From: an uncultured Rikenellaceae bacterium
GTDB taxonomy: Bacteria; Bacteroidota; Bacteroidia; Bacteroidales; VadinHA17
Direction of reading: 5' to 3'
Length of the DNA: 64,000 nucleotides
NCBI GenBank assembly: GCA_964633505.1
Contig: CAZWHC010000010.1
Span: forward strand, 72,458 to 136,457
The notes beneath the pieces are model-generated. The model made no database searches and was not told where the DNA came from. It saw only the letters and a list, made by a program, of their open reading frames with translations. Positions 38,503 through 48,283 of this stretch are shown here, one piece after another. Position 1 is the first letter of the stretch, and each line of letters begins with the position of its first letter. Position numbers and translations under genes: made by a program.

Positions 38503-39587
38503 AGAAGGTATTATTCATCGACAGGGACTCTACAATACTTGCCGAACCGGCAAACGGTATGGCCGATACTGTGGAGGACTTTCAGTTTCTTCCGGGAGCC
38601 ATCACAGCCCTTTCCTGCATTGCCAGACAAACCGACTTCGAGCTTGTGATGGTCACGAACCAGGACGGTCTGGGAACCGAAATGTTTCCCGAGGAAATGT
38701 TCTGGCCATCGCATAACAAGATGCTCCAGATACTTGCCAATGAAGGTGTTATTTTTACCGAAGTCTTTATCGACAGATCCATGCCTGAGGAGAACAGGCC
38801 AACACGCAAACCTGGTACCGCAATGCTGACAAAATATCTTTCGCAGGGGATAAATCTAGAAGCATCATATGTGATCGGCGACAGGGTCACCGATATCCAG
38901 CTGGCAAAAAATCTTGGATGCAAAGCAATCTTTTTCAATTCAGAAAAGCACCCGGGTGCGGCATTTTGCACAAACAACTGGCATGAGGTGCACAGATTCC
39001 TCACAACGCTTTCACGAACGGCTTCAGTAGGGAGAAATACAAAGGAAACCAGGATATATGTTGAGTTAAACCTCGATGGTACAGGCAGTAACGAGATCTC
39101 GACAGGTATCGGATTTTTTGACCATATGCTTGAACAGATCGCAAGGCATGCTGAGATCGACTTGATTATCAGAGCGGAAGGTGACCTCCATGTTGATACA
39201 CATCATACAATTGAAGATGTGGCTATTGCCCTTGGAGAATGTCTTTCGGATGCCCTGGGAAGCAAAAGAGGAATAGAAAGATACGGATTCCTTCTGCCAA
39301 TGGACGATTCGCTTGCACAGACAGCTATCGACTTCAGCGGACGGCCATGGCTTGTCTGGAATGTAAACTTCAAACATGATATGACAGGAGGTATCCCTTC
39401 CGAAATGTTCTTTCATTTTTTCAAATCATTAAGCGACAGTGCCAGATGCAACCTCAATATAAAAGCTGAAGGGGAAAACGACCATCATCTTATAGAAGCT
39501 GTATTTAAATCATTTGCCAGAGCCCTGAAAATGGCAGTCGGACGATCAGGCAGCTTCAATCTTCCATCAACAAAAGGAGTATTATGA
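38499..39587 (+). CDS. hisB: bifunctional histidinol-phosphatase / imidazoleglycerol-phosphate dehydratase
   Basis: 362 aa. It has an N-terminal HAD domain (FIDRDSTI...VTNQDG) and C-terminal IGPD motifs ([21 protein letters not shown]). Confidence 0.9.
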   Translation: MKKVLFIDRDSTILAEPANGMADTVEDFQFLPGAITALSCIARQTDFELVMVTNQDGLGTEMFPEEMFWPSHNKMLQILANEGVIFTEVFIDRSMPEENRPTRKPGTAMLTKYLSQGINLEASYVIGDRVTDIQLAKNLGCKAIFFNSEKHPGAAFCTNNWHEVHRFLTTLSRTASVGRNTKETRIYVELNLDGTGSNEISTGIGFFDHMLEQIARHAEIDLIIRAEGDLHVDTHHTIEDVAIALGECLSDALGSKRGIERYGFLLPMDDSLAQTAIDFSGRPWLVWNVNFKHDMTGGIPSEMFFHFFKSLSDSARCNLNIKAEGENDHHLIEAVFKSFARALKMAVGRSGSFNLPSTKGVL

Positions 39588-40162
39588 TCGCTGTTTTAAA
39601 ATATAATGCCGGGAATATTCAGTCGGTGCAGAATGCACTTATCAGGCTGGGTTACGAAAGCAGGGTAACCGACGATCCCGAAGAAATAATTTCAGCCGGA
39701 AAAGTAATTATCCCTGGTGTAGGTGAGGCCTTTAGCGCAATGCGCTATCTGAGGGAAAAGAAGCTCGACGGGGTTATTACAGGTCTGAAACAACCAGTGC
39801 TCGGAATCTGCCTCGGCCTCCAGATAATGTGCGCCTGGTCGGATGAAGGAGAGACAAGGGGTCTGGGAATATTTGATGCTGTCGTGAAGAAATTTCCGCC
39901 TTTCGATAAGGTGCCACACATGGGCTGGAATAACTTTTCAGCCATTAAGGGAAGTCTTTTCAGGGGATTAAATCCCGGCGAAGATGTATATTTTGTTCAC
40001 AGCTACTATGCAGGAATCACCGACTATACTTCTGCCATATGTGATTATGTACTGCCATTCAGCGCAGCAATGCACAGGGATAACTTTTATGCTGTTCAGT
40101 TCCATCCCGAAAAGTCAGCTGATACCGGTGAGAAAATTCTTCTTAATTTCCTTGCATTATGA
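39584..40162 (+). CDS. hisH: imidazole glycerol phosphate synthase, glutaminase subunit
   Basis: 192 aa; class I glutamine amidotransferase ([15 protein letters not shown]). Confidence 0.9.
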   Translation: MIAVLKYNAGNIQSVQNALIRLGYESRVTDDPEEIISAGKVIIPGVGEAFSAMRYLREKKLDGVITGLKQPVLGICLGLQIMCAWSDEGETRGLGIFDAVVKKFPPFDKVPHMGWNNFSAIKGSLFRGLNPGEDVYFVHSYYAGITDYTSAICDYVLPFSAAMHRDNFYAVQFHPEKSADTGEKILLNFLAL

Positions 40163-40872
40163 GGATCATTATTGCAATCGATATTATTGGCGGCCGGTGC
40201 GTCAGGCTTTCAAGAGGTGAGTTTTCCACAGCAAAGGTTTACAGCGGTAATCCTGTCGAAGTAGCAAGGCAGATAGAGGATAACGGTTTAAAATACATCC
40301 ATCTCGTTGATCTCGACGGAGCCCTGAATAAAAAAGTGGTGAATTACAGGCTTCTTGAGAAAATTGCCTCAGCAACAAATCTTGAAATCGACTTCGGAGG
40401 AGGAATAAGGTCGGACGACGACGTGAAGATCGCCTTCAACAGCGGAGCAAAACAGGTTACATGCGGTAGTGTGGCAGTCAGCGATCCCGCCCTTGTCCTG
40501 AAATGGCTTGAAGGATACGGAACGGAAAAAATTATTCTTGGCGCCGACTCAAAAGACAGGAAAATCGCGACAGAGGGATGGCTTGAAAGTTCTGACAGGG
40601 ATATCATTAATTTTATATCGGGATACCGGTCAAAAGGCATAACATATACAATCTGTACTGATATAGATAAAGATGGGATGCTTGGCGGGCCGGCAACTGA
40701 TCTTTATAAGGAGATCGTCGAAATACCAGGTATCAGACTTATTGCAAGCGGAGGGATCTCGTCTGTTGATCAGATCGCAGAACTTGATTCTGCCGGATGT
40801 GAAGGAGCTATCATCGGTAAAGCTTTATATGAAGGATTGTTGAATCTAAAGGAACTGGTAAGGCTATGTTGA
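40159..40872 (+). CDS. hisA: ProFAR isomerase
   Basis: 237 aa; a HisA/HisF-fold protein between hisH and hisF. Confidence 0.9.
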   Translation: MRIIIAIDIIGGRCVRLSRGEFSTAKVYSGNPVEVARQIEDNGLKYIHLVDLDGALNKKVVNYRLLEKIASATNLEIDFGGGIRSDDDVKIAFNSGAKQVTCGSVAVSDPALVLKWLEGYGTEKIILGADSKDRKIATEGWLESSDRDIINFISGYRSKGITYTICTDIDKDGMLGGPATDLYKEIVEIPGIRLIASGGISSVDQIAELDSAGCEGAIIGKALYEGLLNLKELVRLC

Positions 40873-41621
40873 AGAAAAGAATAATACCATGCCTTGATAT
40901 CAGGGACGGAAGGACAGTCAAGGGCATTAATTTCGTTGACATACATGATGCAGGCGACCCGGTTGAGCTTGCAGCAAAATATGTGGAACAACGTGCCGAC
41001 GAACTTGTATTTCTTGACATTACGGCAACCGTTGAGAAGAGGAAGACCCTTGCTGAACTGGTAAAGAGAATTGCACGTGAGATCAATATCCCGTTCACGG
41101 TCGGAGGGGGCATTGAAGTTATTGATGATGTTTCGGTACTGCTGAATGCAGGCGCCGACAAGATAAGCATCAACAGTTCAGCTTTCAGGAACCCTCAGCT
41201 GATCTCGAAAGTGGCAAAACAGTTCGGGAGCCAGTGCGTTGTTGTGGCCATCGATACAAGAATGGTAAACAACGAGTGGTTTGTGTATGTCGACGGGGGA
41301 CGGACGCCCACCGGTGTTACGGCAAAAGACTGGGCTTTGTCGGCAGAAAGACATGGTGCAGGAGAGATTTTGCTTACATCAATGAATGCTGACGGGACGA
41401 AATCGGGTTTCTCGGTCGGCATTACGTCGGAGGTAAGCCATCTGGTAAGCATCCCTGTCATAGCGTCGGGGGGTGCAGGGACCATGGATCATTTCAGGGA
41501 AGTGTTTGTAAAAACTTCATGCAGTGCAGCGCTTGCGGCAAGCATCTTCCATTATGGTGAAGTCCCTATACCTGAGCTGAAGAAGTATCTGGCGGCCAGG
41601 GGAATCAATGTCAGGATCTGA
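40866..41621 (+). CDS. hisF: imidazole glycerol phosphate synthase, cyclase subunit
   Basis: 251 aa; KRIIPCLDI..., GADKISINS, ASGGAG. Confidence 0.95.
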   Translation: MLKKRIIPCLDIRDGRTVKGINFVDIHDAGDPVELAAKYVEQRADELVFLDITATVEKRKTLAELVKRIAREINIPFTVGGGIEVIDDVSVLLNAGADKISINSSAFRNPQLISKVAKQFGSQCVVVAIDTRMVNNEWFVYVDGGRTPTGVTAKDWALSAERHGAGEILLTSMNADGTKSGFSVGITSEVSHLVSIPVIASGGAGTMDHFREVFVKTSCSAALAASIFHYGEVPIPELKKYLAARGINVRI

Positions 41622-41940
41622 GGGCTAAAGCCCGGGGATCATCGGGCTCACCCACCCCGGCCTGAAGGCCGGGGCTAAGGTATGGAACTATGATAGGATC
41701 AATGCTTTAACTCCGGATTTCAGGCCGATGAGCAGCAGAACCAGGGAGCCTGATATGAACATGCCGCAACTCCTGGCTCAGGGCCGTAGTGGCATAGGTC
41801 AGAAAGGTATACCTGCTTTATGCCTTAACTCCGGCCTTCAGGCTGATGAGAATAAGGCATTCGGAACTCTTGGATCTATGCCCTAACTCCGGCCTTCAGG
41901 CCGGAGATAAAAGATGCAGATATAACCGGGCTTTAGCCCT
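41621..41940. repeat. 320-bp MITE-like element: perfect 15-bp terminal inverted repeats enclosing four copies of a ~24-bp hairpin motif
   Basis: The left TIR AGGGCTAAAGCCCGG (41621-41635) is the exact reverse complement of the right TIR CCGGGCTTTAGCCCT (41926-41940). The internal motif GCYYTAACTCCGGNYTTCAGGCYG occurs at 41704-41727, 41822-41845 and 41880-41903, and inverted at 41657-41680. The element occupies the otherwise unexplained 333-bp hisF-hisIE gap. Confidence 0.7.
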
Positions 41941-41954
41941 TAACATAAGAAGAA

Positions 41955-42545
41955 ATGAATATCGATTACACAAAACTTAACGGCCTTGTTCCTGCAGTCA
42001 TCCAGGACAATACAACACTTCAGGTCCTCATGACAGGCTTCATGAACGAGGAAGCCCTCAGCCTTACCCTCTCCGAAGGAAAAGTGACATTCTTCAGCCG
42101 ATCCAGAAACCGGCTATGGACAAAAGGCGAAACATCAGGCAATTTTCTGTTTGTTAAGGAAATAACAACAGATTGCGACAACGACACACTCCTTATTAAG
42201 GTCGATCCGGCTGGTCCGGTCTGCCATACTGGCAGAAAATCATGTTTCGGCGATGAGCCTGCAAAAGGCTTTATCTATCAGCTCGAACAGATAATCTGCA
42301 GGAGGATCGCTGAGAACGCTGAAAACTCCTATACAAACAAACTATATAAAAAGGGTATTAACAAAGTAGCACAGAAGGTAGGCGAGGAAGCTGTCGAACT
42401 TGTCATCGAGGCAAAGGATGATAATGACGAACTGTTCAGAAATGAGGCAGCCGATCTCCTTTATCATTTTCTGATTCTCCTGAAAGCAAAGCAAACATCT
42501 TTCACCGAAATTGAAGAAGTTCTCAGATCAAGACATAAGGTATGA
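41955..42545 (+). CDS. hisIE: bifunctional phosphoribosyl-AMP cyclohydrolase / phosphoribosyl-ATP pyrophosphatase
   Basis: 196 aa. It has an N-terminal HisI (VPAVIQD...WTKGETSG...DCD) and a C-terminal HisE (YTNKLYKKGINKVAQKVGEEAVE). Confidence 0.9.
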   Translation: MNIDYTKLNGLVPAVIQDNTTLQVLMTGFMNEEALSLTLSEGKVTFFSRSRNRLWTKGETSGNFLFVKEITTDCDNDTLLIKVDPAGPVCHTGRKSCFGDEPAKGFIYQLEQIICRRIAENAENSYTNKLYKKGINKVAQKVGEEAVELVIEAKDDNDELFRNEAADLLYHFLILLKAKQTSFTEIEEVLRSRHKV

Positions 42546-42738
42546 AATATCAATATTTAAATTGATCATACCAAAAATGCGTTAAAAAATGAAATCGTAA
42601 TTAATTACGTAATTAACTCGTATATTAATACATAAAAAGAAACTGGCGAACGAGACTGCTTCAAATATTCCCGCCACCCAGGCAAACTGAGTTTTTAAAT
42701 AAATTTTAATATTTGTTTGTATTATTTGAATTTTACAT

Positions 42739-42746
42739 TACTTTTG
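42739..42746 (+). promoter_or_regulatory. Bacteroidota -7 promoter box TACTTTTG
   Basis: Exact TAnnTTTG match, 21 nt upstream of the Phe/Tyr leader ATG. Confidence 0.5.
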
Positions 42747-42766
42747 TAACCCAATAAAGCGAAAAA

Positions 42767-42829
42767 ATGAATATTGTTTACAACATCTCCTTTTATTTCT
42801 TTTACTTTTTTTATAGCGAAAAGAGATAA
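42767..42829 (+). CDS. aromatic (Phe/Tyr) operon leader peptide, 20 aa MNIVYNISFYFFYFFYSEKR
   Basis: ATG mini-ORF with a run of eight consecutive Phe/Tyr codons (FYFFYFFY, 42791-42814). It sits between a -7 box and a strong terminator upstream of pheA. Confidence 0.7.
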   Translation: MNIVYNISFYFFYFFYSEKR

Positions 42830-42863
42830 GGGGATTGTTGTATACATGTAAAAGAAATATATG

Positions 42864-42899
42864 AAAGCAAGGGTCCCCGAAAGGGACCCTTGCTTTTTT
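42864..42899 (+). terminator. aromatic operon attenuator terminator
   Basis: GCAAGGGTCCC-cgaaa-GGGACCCTTGC forms an 11-bp perfect stem followed by TTTTTT. The candidate antiterminator strand GGGGATTGTTG (42830-42840, starting right after the leader stop) pairs with CAAGGGTCCCC (42868-42878): 10 of 11 positions, including 2 G-U. Confidence 0.8.
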
Positions 42900-42913
42900 A
42901 ATACACATATGAA

Positions 42914-43744
42914 ATGAAAATATCAGTACAGGGAGAAACGGGTTGTTTTCACGAGGTAGCGGCAAGGCAGTACTTCTGCTACGACGAAATAGAAATAGTC
43001 CCATGCTCCACCTTCGACCTTACACTGGCGAAGGTTAAGGAAGGCCTGGCCGACTATGCCATGATGGCTATTGAAAATGCCCGCTCAGGAAGCATACTTT
43101 ACAATTATACCCTTATAAGGGAATCGGGACTTAAAATGCTCGGTGAACATAATCTGAGGATCAGGCAGAATCTTATGGCGCTTCCGGGTCAGACAATACA
43201 TGACATAAAGCAGATCCGATCGCACCCCATTGCCCTTTCGCAGTGCATGACGTTCCTTAACAAATTTCCCGAAATCACTCTTGTCGAAACCGACGATACG
43301 GCAGGAAGCGCAAAGCTGATTGCCGGACACAAGCTCAAAAAAATTGCAGCTATTGCATCTGCAAATGCTGCAGAGATATATGGTCTTGAGATAATCGCTT
43401 CAGGTATTGAAACTTACCCAAAAAACTATACAAGGTTCCTGGTTATTGGAAGCAGGGAAAAAGGAAACAGGGATGGCAACAAGGTATCAGTATGCTTTGC
43501 AACCGGACATAAACCGGGATCTCTTGCTACCGTCCTTGTGAAGCTTGCCGGAATGAATATCAACCTTTCGAAAATACAGTCGGTTCCACGACTGAACGGC
43601 GACTGGGAATACATGTTCTATCTCGATCTTGAACTGCCTGAAGGGGTAACTCTCGAAATGATAGAATCGGTTCTTCAGGATCATACAAGCAATCTTGAAA
43701 TACTTGGGATTTATAATAAAGGAGATATGCTATATGAAAGTTAA
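42914..43744 (+). CDS. pheA: prephenate dehydratase
   Basis: 276 aa; a PDT domain plus a C-terminal ACT domain (SVCFATGHKPGSLATVL). Confidence 0.85.
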   Translation: MKISVQGETGCFHEVAARQYFCYDEIEIVPCSTFDLTLAKVKEGLADYAMMAIENARSGSILYNYTLIRESGLKMLGEHNLRIRQNLMALPGQTIHDIKQIRSHPIALSQCMTFLNKFPEITLVETDDTAGSAKLIAGHKLKKIAAIASANAAEIYGLEIIASGIETYPKNYTRFLVIGSREKGNRDGNKVSVCFATGHKPGSLATVLVKLAGMNINLSKIQSVPRLNGDWEYMFYLDLELPEGVTLEMIESVLQDHTSNLEILGIYNKGDMLYES

Positions 43745-44897
43745 ACCTGCATTACGTACTGAATCCGTTCAGGAATACTATTTCTCGACTAAACTACGCC
43801 AGATCGATCAGATGCGCAGAAACGGCGCCGATGTCATTAGTCTCGGCATCGGAAGCCCCGACCGTCCGCCATCTGAGAATACTATTGAGAGGCTTGCCGT
43901 TGAAGCGCGCAAGCCTGGCGTTCATGGCTACCAGAGCTACAACGGCAGCCCTTTGCTCCGGAAGGCGCTGTCGGAGTGGTACCTGAAATATTTCGGGGTA
44001 AAGCTCGATCCGGAAAACGAAATTCTACCTCTGATGGGAAGCAAGGAGGGAATTATGCATATAAGCATGGCATTTGTCAATCCCGGCGATGAGGTGCTCA
44101 TTCCAAATCCGGGTTATCCTACATATTCGTCAGTCACAAATCTTGTCGGTGGAAAGATAAGATATTACGATCTTGATGAAGGGAACAGCTGGCATCCCGA
44201 CCTTAAATCGCTTGAAAAAACGGATCTCTCAGGGGTAAAGCTGATGTGGACTAATTATCCGAACATGCCGACAGGAGCCTTAGCCTCAAAGCGTCTTTTC
44301 ACTGATCTTGCTTCATTTTCACGGGAACACAACATTCTCCTTATAAACGATAATCCCTACAGCTTTATCCTGAACAACGATTACATGAGTATTCTCTCAT
44401 CAGAAGGGGCTATGGAGACAGTTCTCGAACTTAACTCCCTGAGTAAATCGCACAACATGGCAGGATGGAGAATAGGCATGGTAGCAGGCCATAGCGGTTA
44501 TATAAAGAATATTCTGAAAGTAAAAAGCAATATGGACTCAGGTATATTCCTTCCCCTTCAGCTTGCTGCAGTTGAAGCGTTAAACAATCCCGAATCGTGG
44601 TACCTTACCGTAAATGAAGCATATGCAGAACGCCGGATTACAGCCGGATCGATAATGGATATCCTTGGCTGTACCTGGGACAAAAGCCAGTCGGGAATGT
44701 TCCTCTGGGGAAAAATCCCCGAAAGCATAGGAAACTGCGAATCGTTCGTTGAGGAGATACTAAATAAGGCACTTGTATTCATTACTCCCGGATTTATTTT
44801 CGGAAGCCGTGGAAACAGATATATAAGAATCTCATTATGTGCTGACAACAGCAGGCTTAAGGAAGCAAGGGAAAGAATACTATCTTTGAAAATTTAA
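43734..44897 (+). CDS. PLP-dependent class I/II aminotransferase (probable aromatic/prephenate aminotransferase)
   Basis: The track ORF begins at TTG 43695. ATG 43734 (MKVKPALRTE...) overlaps the pheA stop. The SLSKSHNMAGWRIG motif contains the PLP lysine. Confidence 0.8.
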   Translation: MKVKPALRTESVQEYYFSTKLRQIDQMRRNGADVISLGIGSPDRPPSENTIERLAVEARKPGVHGYQSYNGSPLLRKALSEWYLKYFGVKLDPENEILPLMGSKEGIMHISMAFVNPGDEVLIPNPGYPTYSSVTNLVGGKIRYYDLDEGNSWHPDLKSLEKTDLSGVKLMWTNYPNMPTGALASKRLFTDLASFSREHNILLINDNPYSFILNNDYMSILSSEGAMETVLELNSLSKSHNMAGWRIGMVAGHSGYIKNILKVKSNMDSGIFLPLQLAAVEALNNPESWYLTVNEAYAERRITAGSIMDILGCTWDKSQSGMFLWGKIPESIGNCESFVEEILNKALVFITPGFIFGSRGNRYIRISLCADNSRLKEARERILSLKI

Positions 44898-44937
44898 TTT
44901 TACAAATCAGTAACTATAATTCAGCATAACAACTTCT

Positions 44938-44993
44938 TAACCAGCAACCAGCAACCAGCAACCAGCAACCTGCAACCTGCAACAAATAACCAG
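44938..44993 (+). repeat. CAACCAG-family heptamer tract (8 units: TAACCAG, CAACCAG x3, CAACCTG x2, CAACAAA, TAACCAG)
   Basis: Read directly in the aminotransferase-tyrA spacer. It ends 14 nt before the tyrA start. Confidence 0.9.
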
Positions 44994-45007
44994 AAACACT
45001 CAAACAC

Positions 45008-45853
45008 ATGACAATCGCTGTAATCGGCATAGGACTTATAGGCGGATCACTGATGATCGATCTTCGTAAAAGAGGATTCGCCGACAGAATAATAGGAGTC
45101 GATTCAAATCTCCAGCACCGGAATATTGCCCAGTTATGCGGTCTGGTTGATGAAACGGATACACTTGAAAATGCTGTCGACCGAAGCGATCTGATAATAC
45201 TGAGCACGCCTGTCGATGCCAACTGTGAGATGCTTCCGCCGATACTCGACAGGATCAACGGGACTTCAAAAGTGGTGACCGATATGGGTTCGACCAAAGG
45301 CAGCATTGCGAGGGTATCCGCAGACCACCCCAACAGGGGAAGATATGTGGCGCTTCACCCCATGGCCGGAACCGAATTCTCAGGGCCGCTTGCGGCTATC
45401 GGCAGGCTCTTCGATTATAAGACTGCCATAATCTGCGATCCCGAATTAAGCGACAAGGATGCGCTCCGGCTTGTTGAAAAGATGCTCGATGTTCTTAACA
45501 TGCGGAAGGTATATATGAACTCGAGCGATCATGACGTCCATGTTGCATATGTATCGCATATTTCGCACATAACTTCCTTCTCGCTTGCTCTCAGTGTGCT
45601 TGACAAGGAACGCGAGGAACAGAACATCCTTGCTCTTGCAGGGGGTGGTTTTGAAAGTACTGTTCGCCTTGCCAAAAGCAACGGCGACACATGGGCTCCG
45701 ATATTCCTCGAAAACTCACACTACATAATTGAAGTTCTCGATAACTATATTGAAAAGATGAACCTTTTCAGGAAAATGATAGCGGAAAAAGACCTTGAGG
45801 GGCTCAAAGCCCTTATGGATGAGGCAAATAAAATAAGAAAGATCCTGAATTAA
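45008..45853 (+). CDS. tyrA: prephenate dehydrogenase
   Basis: 281 aa; Rossmann IAVIGIGLIGGSL and HPMAGTE. Confidence 0.85.
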   Translation: MTIAVIGIGLIGGSLMIDLRKRGFADRIIGVDSNLQHRNIAQLCGLVDETDTLENAVDRSDLIILSTPVDANCEMLPPILDRINGTSKVVTDMGSTKGSIARVSADHPNRGRYVALHPMAGTEFSGPLAAIGRLFDYKTAIICDPELSDKDALRLVEKMLDVLNMRKVYMNSSDHDVHVAYVSHISHITSFSLALSVLDKEREEQNILALAGGGFESTVRLAKSNGDTWAPIFLENSHYIIEVLDNYIEKMNLFRKMIAEKDLEGLKALMDEANKIRKILN

Positions 45854-45865
45854 AATTCTTACCCG

Positions 45866-46978
45866 ATGGAAACAGAATTAAAAACGACGTCAGTTACTGA
45901 ATGGAGAGGTTACAAGTCAAGGCCTTTCCTCATTGCAGGTCCTTGCAGCGCCGAAACTGAAGAACAGGTCATGGAGACAGCCCGTCAGCTTGCCCGGATG
46001 AAGGAAGTCTGCGTATTCAGGGCAGGCATATGGAAACCGCGGACCCGCCCTAATTCATTTGAAGGTATTGGTTCAGAAGGCCTTAAATGGCTGCGGCGGG
46101 TAAAACAGGAAACAGGTCTGATGGTAGGCACCGAGGTGGCTAATGAAAAACATGTGTACGAGGCCCTCAAATACGGGATCGACATGCTCTGGATCGGGGC
46201 CAGGACATCTGTTAATCCTTTTACAGTCCAGGAAATATCTGACGCCCTTAATGGTGTCGACGTGATGGTCCTTGTTAAAAATCCAATAAATCCCGACCTG
46301 GAACTCTGGATCGGAGCCATCGAACGCATTGCCAGGGCAGGCATTACACGTCTTGGCGCCATACACAGGGGATTCTCGGCATTTGAAAAGACAGTCTACA
46401 GGAATCAGCCGAACTGGCAGCTTCCAATAGAACTTCGACGCCGTATACCTGATCTGCCCATTATATGTGATCCAAGTCACATATCGGGCGCAAGGGAATA
46501 CCTGTATGAGATATCCCAGAAGGCAATGGACCTCAACTTTGACGGACTGATGATCGAATCGCATATCGATCCCGACAAGGCTCTCAGCGATTCAGCACAG
46601 CAGCTTACACCAAACGATCTCAGAGAACTGCTCAGCAGGCTTATCCTGAGAAGTCCGGTCCCTGCCGATCCCCGGCTTCTCGATATGCTCGGTGAACTGA
46701 GGCAGCAGATTAATGTATATGACGACGCTCTTATTGAGATCCTTGAAAAAAGAATGAAGGTTGCAGAAACCATCGGAAGGTACAAAAAGGAAAATAATAT
46801 TACTATCTTGCAACCTACACGATGGGATGAGATCATAAGGAAAGTAATGATTTCCGGACAGTCGAAAGGGCTCAGCAAGGAGCTTATCGACACAGTGTTC
46901 AAGGCAATTCACCAGGAATCAATAAACCATCAGATGAAGGTCATGAACGCAGGTCTCGAAACCCATAACGGAAAATAA
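45866..46978 (+). CDS. bifunctional DAHP synthase (type I-beta) / chorismate mutase
   Basis: 370 aa. It has a KDO8PS-like DAHPS core (IAGPCSAE..., CDPSH) followed by a C-terminal CM type II helix region (LRQQINVYDDALIEILEKRMKVAETIGRYK). Confidence 0.85.
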   Translation: METELKTTSVTEWRGYKSRPFLIAGPCSAETEEQVMETARQLARMKEVCVFRAGIWKPRTRPNSFEGIGSEGLKWLRRVKQETGLMVGTEVANEKHVYEALKYGIDMLWIGARTSVNPFTVQEISDALNGVDVMVLVKNPINPDLELWIGAIERIARAGITRLGAIHRGFSAFEKTVYRNQPNWQLPIELRRRIPDLPIICDPSHISGAREYLYEISQKAMDLNFDGLMIESHIDPDKALSDSAQQLTPNDLRELLSRLILRSPVPADPRLLDMLGELRQQINVYDDALIEILEKRMKVAETIGRYKKENNITILQPTRWDEIIRKVMISGQSKGLSKELIDTVFKAIHQESINHQMKVMNAGLETHNGK

Positions 46979-46993
46979 GAAACAGACCATTAC

Positions 46994-48244
46994 ATGGAAA
47001 GATCGGTAGAACCTTCATTTGTATCCGGAGAGCTCAGCGCCCCGCCGTCAAAAAGCATGACACAGAGGATCATTGCTGCTGCAATGATGGCAAACGGACA
47101 GAGCATCATTCTTAATCCCTCCTATTGCGACGACTCGCTGGCGGCAATGAGCATCGCTGTAAGTCTGGGGGCAAGGGTTGAGCCCGAGGCCGGGCAGATG
47201 AAGATCACCGGATCGTGGGAGCTTAAGGAAAGGAAACTTAACTGCGGAGAGTCGGGACTTGCCATCAGAATGTTCTCGCCGGTTGCTGCTTTGTTCGATG
47301 AAGAAATCACTCTTACGGGCGCCGGTTCACTCAAAAAAAGGCCGCTGGGCATGATTATGGATGCACTTTCACAATTTAACGTTGAGTGCATCAGCAACAA
47401 CGGATTCCTGCCCCTTAAAATAAAAGGCCCGCTAAAGGGAGGTAAGTGCGAGATCGACGGTTCTGTAAGCTCGCAGCTTCTTACCGGACTCCTTATGGCG
47501 CTGCCGCTCGCATCGAGAAACTCAGAGATAAGGGTCAGCAATCTTAAAAGCAGGCCTTATATCGATATGACGCTTCAGGTGCTTCAAAATTCAGGCATAA
47601 GGGTAACTAACGACAATTATTCTCTCTTCACTATCGAAGGGATGCAGGAATATCTCCCAGGCACCTATGAGGTTGAAGGCGACTGGAGCGGAGGAGCTTT
47701 CCTTCTTGTTGCCGCCGCAATAAATGGCAACCTGAAAATAAAGGGTCTGTCTGCCAACAGTTTCCAGAGCGATATGGCAATACTTAAAGCTCTCGGGGAT
47801 GCAGGAGCCGATATTAAAATTTCAGGAAATACCATAGAAGTCTCTAAATCTGAGTTAAAAGCTTTTGAATTCGATGCAACCGATTCTCCCGACCTCTTCC
47901 CTCCCCTCGTGGCCCTTGCAGCATACTGCAAAGGGGTATCGACAATTAAAGGAGCCTCGAGGCTGCTGCATAAGGAAAGCAACAGGGCTGCTGCCCTGTC
48001 GGAGGAATTTGGCAAAATGAACATCATCACCGAAATCCGCGACGATTATTTCTATGTTACAGGTGGTAAAGTTACAGGCGCAAGGGTAAATTCGCATGAA
48101 GACCACCGCATCGCGATGGCGGCCGCTGTGGCGGCTCTTGGAGCCGAGGGAACGGTATATATAAAGGATTCACATTGTGTCGGAAAATCGTATCCGGGAT
48201 TTTTTGACGACATAAAAAATACAGGGGCAATTGTACGTGAGTAA
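46994..48244 (+). CDS. aroA: 3-phosphoshikimate 1-carboxyvinyltransferase (EPSP synthase)
   Basis: 416 aa; PPSKSMTQR, LKKRP, and RLLHKESNRAAAL..HEDHRIAMA motifs. Confidence 0.9.
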   Translation: MERSVEPSFVSGELSAPPSKSMTQRIIAAAMMANGQSIILNPSYCDDSLAAMSIAVSLGARVEPEAGQMKITGSWELKERKLNCGESGLAIRMFSPVAALFDEEITLTGAGSLKKRPLGMIMDALSQFNVECISNNGFLPLKIKGPLKGGKCEIDGSVSSQLLTGLLMALPLASRNSEIRVSNLKSRPYIDMTLQVLQNSGIRVTNDNYSLFTIEGMQEYLPGTYEVEGDWSGGAFLLVAAAINGNLKIKGLSANSFQSDMAILKALGDAGADIKISGNTIEVSKSELKAFEFDATDSPDLFPPLVALAAYCKGVSTIKGASRLLHKESNRAAALSEEFGKMNIITEIRDDYFYVTGGKVTGARVNSHEDHRIAMAAAVAALGAEGTVYIKDSHCVGKSYPGFFDDIKNTGAIVRE

Positions 48245-48283
48245 ATTTTTTTCACTTTTTTATTGAAAATTCAAAATTTTATT

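Noticed and set aside
41728-41886. 52-aa plus-strand ORF (MSSRTREPDMNMPQLLAQGRSGIGQKG...) inside the hisF-hisIE insert
   Set aside because: It reads straight through two copies of the hairpin repeat motif and lacks any start context, so it is most likely fortuitous.
42909-42917. Two-codon minicistron ATG-AAA-TGA overlapping the pheA start codon (ATGAAATGAAA)
   Set aside because: It could be a coupling or re-initiation device, but a 9-nt pattern in AT-rich DNA is easily chance. I have no supporting evidence.
42738-43004. 88-aa minus-strand ORF
   Set aside because: It covers the Phe/Tyr leader, its terminator and the pheA start on the opposite strand. The plus-strand regulatory interpretation explains the sequence far better.
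46073-46564. 163-aa minus-strand ORF
   Set aside because: It is antisense to the DAHP synthase/chorismate mutase gene, so it is a shadow ORF.
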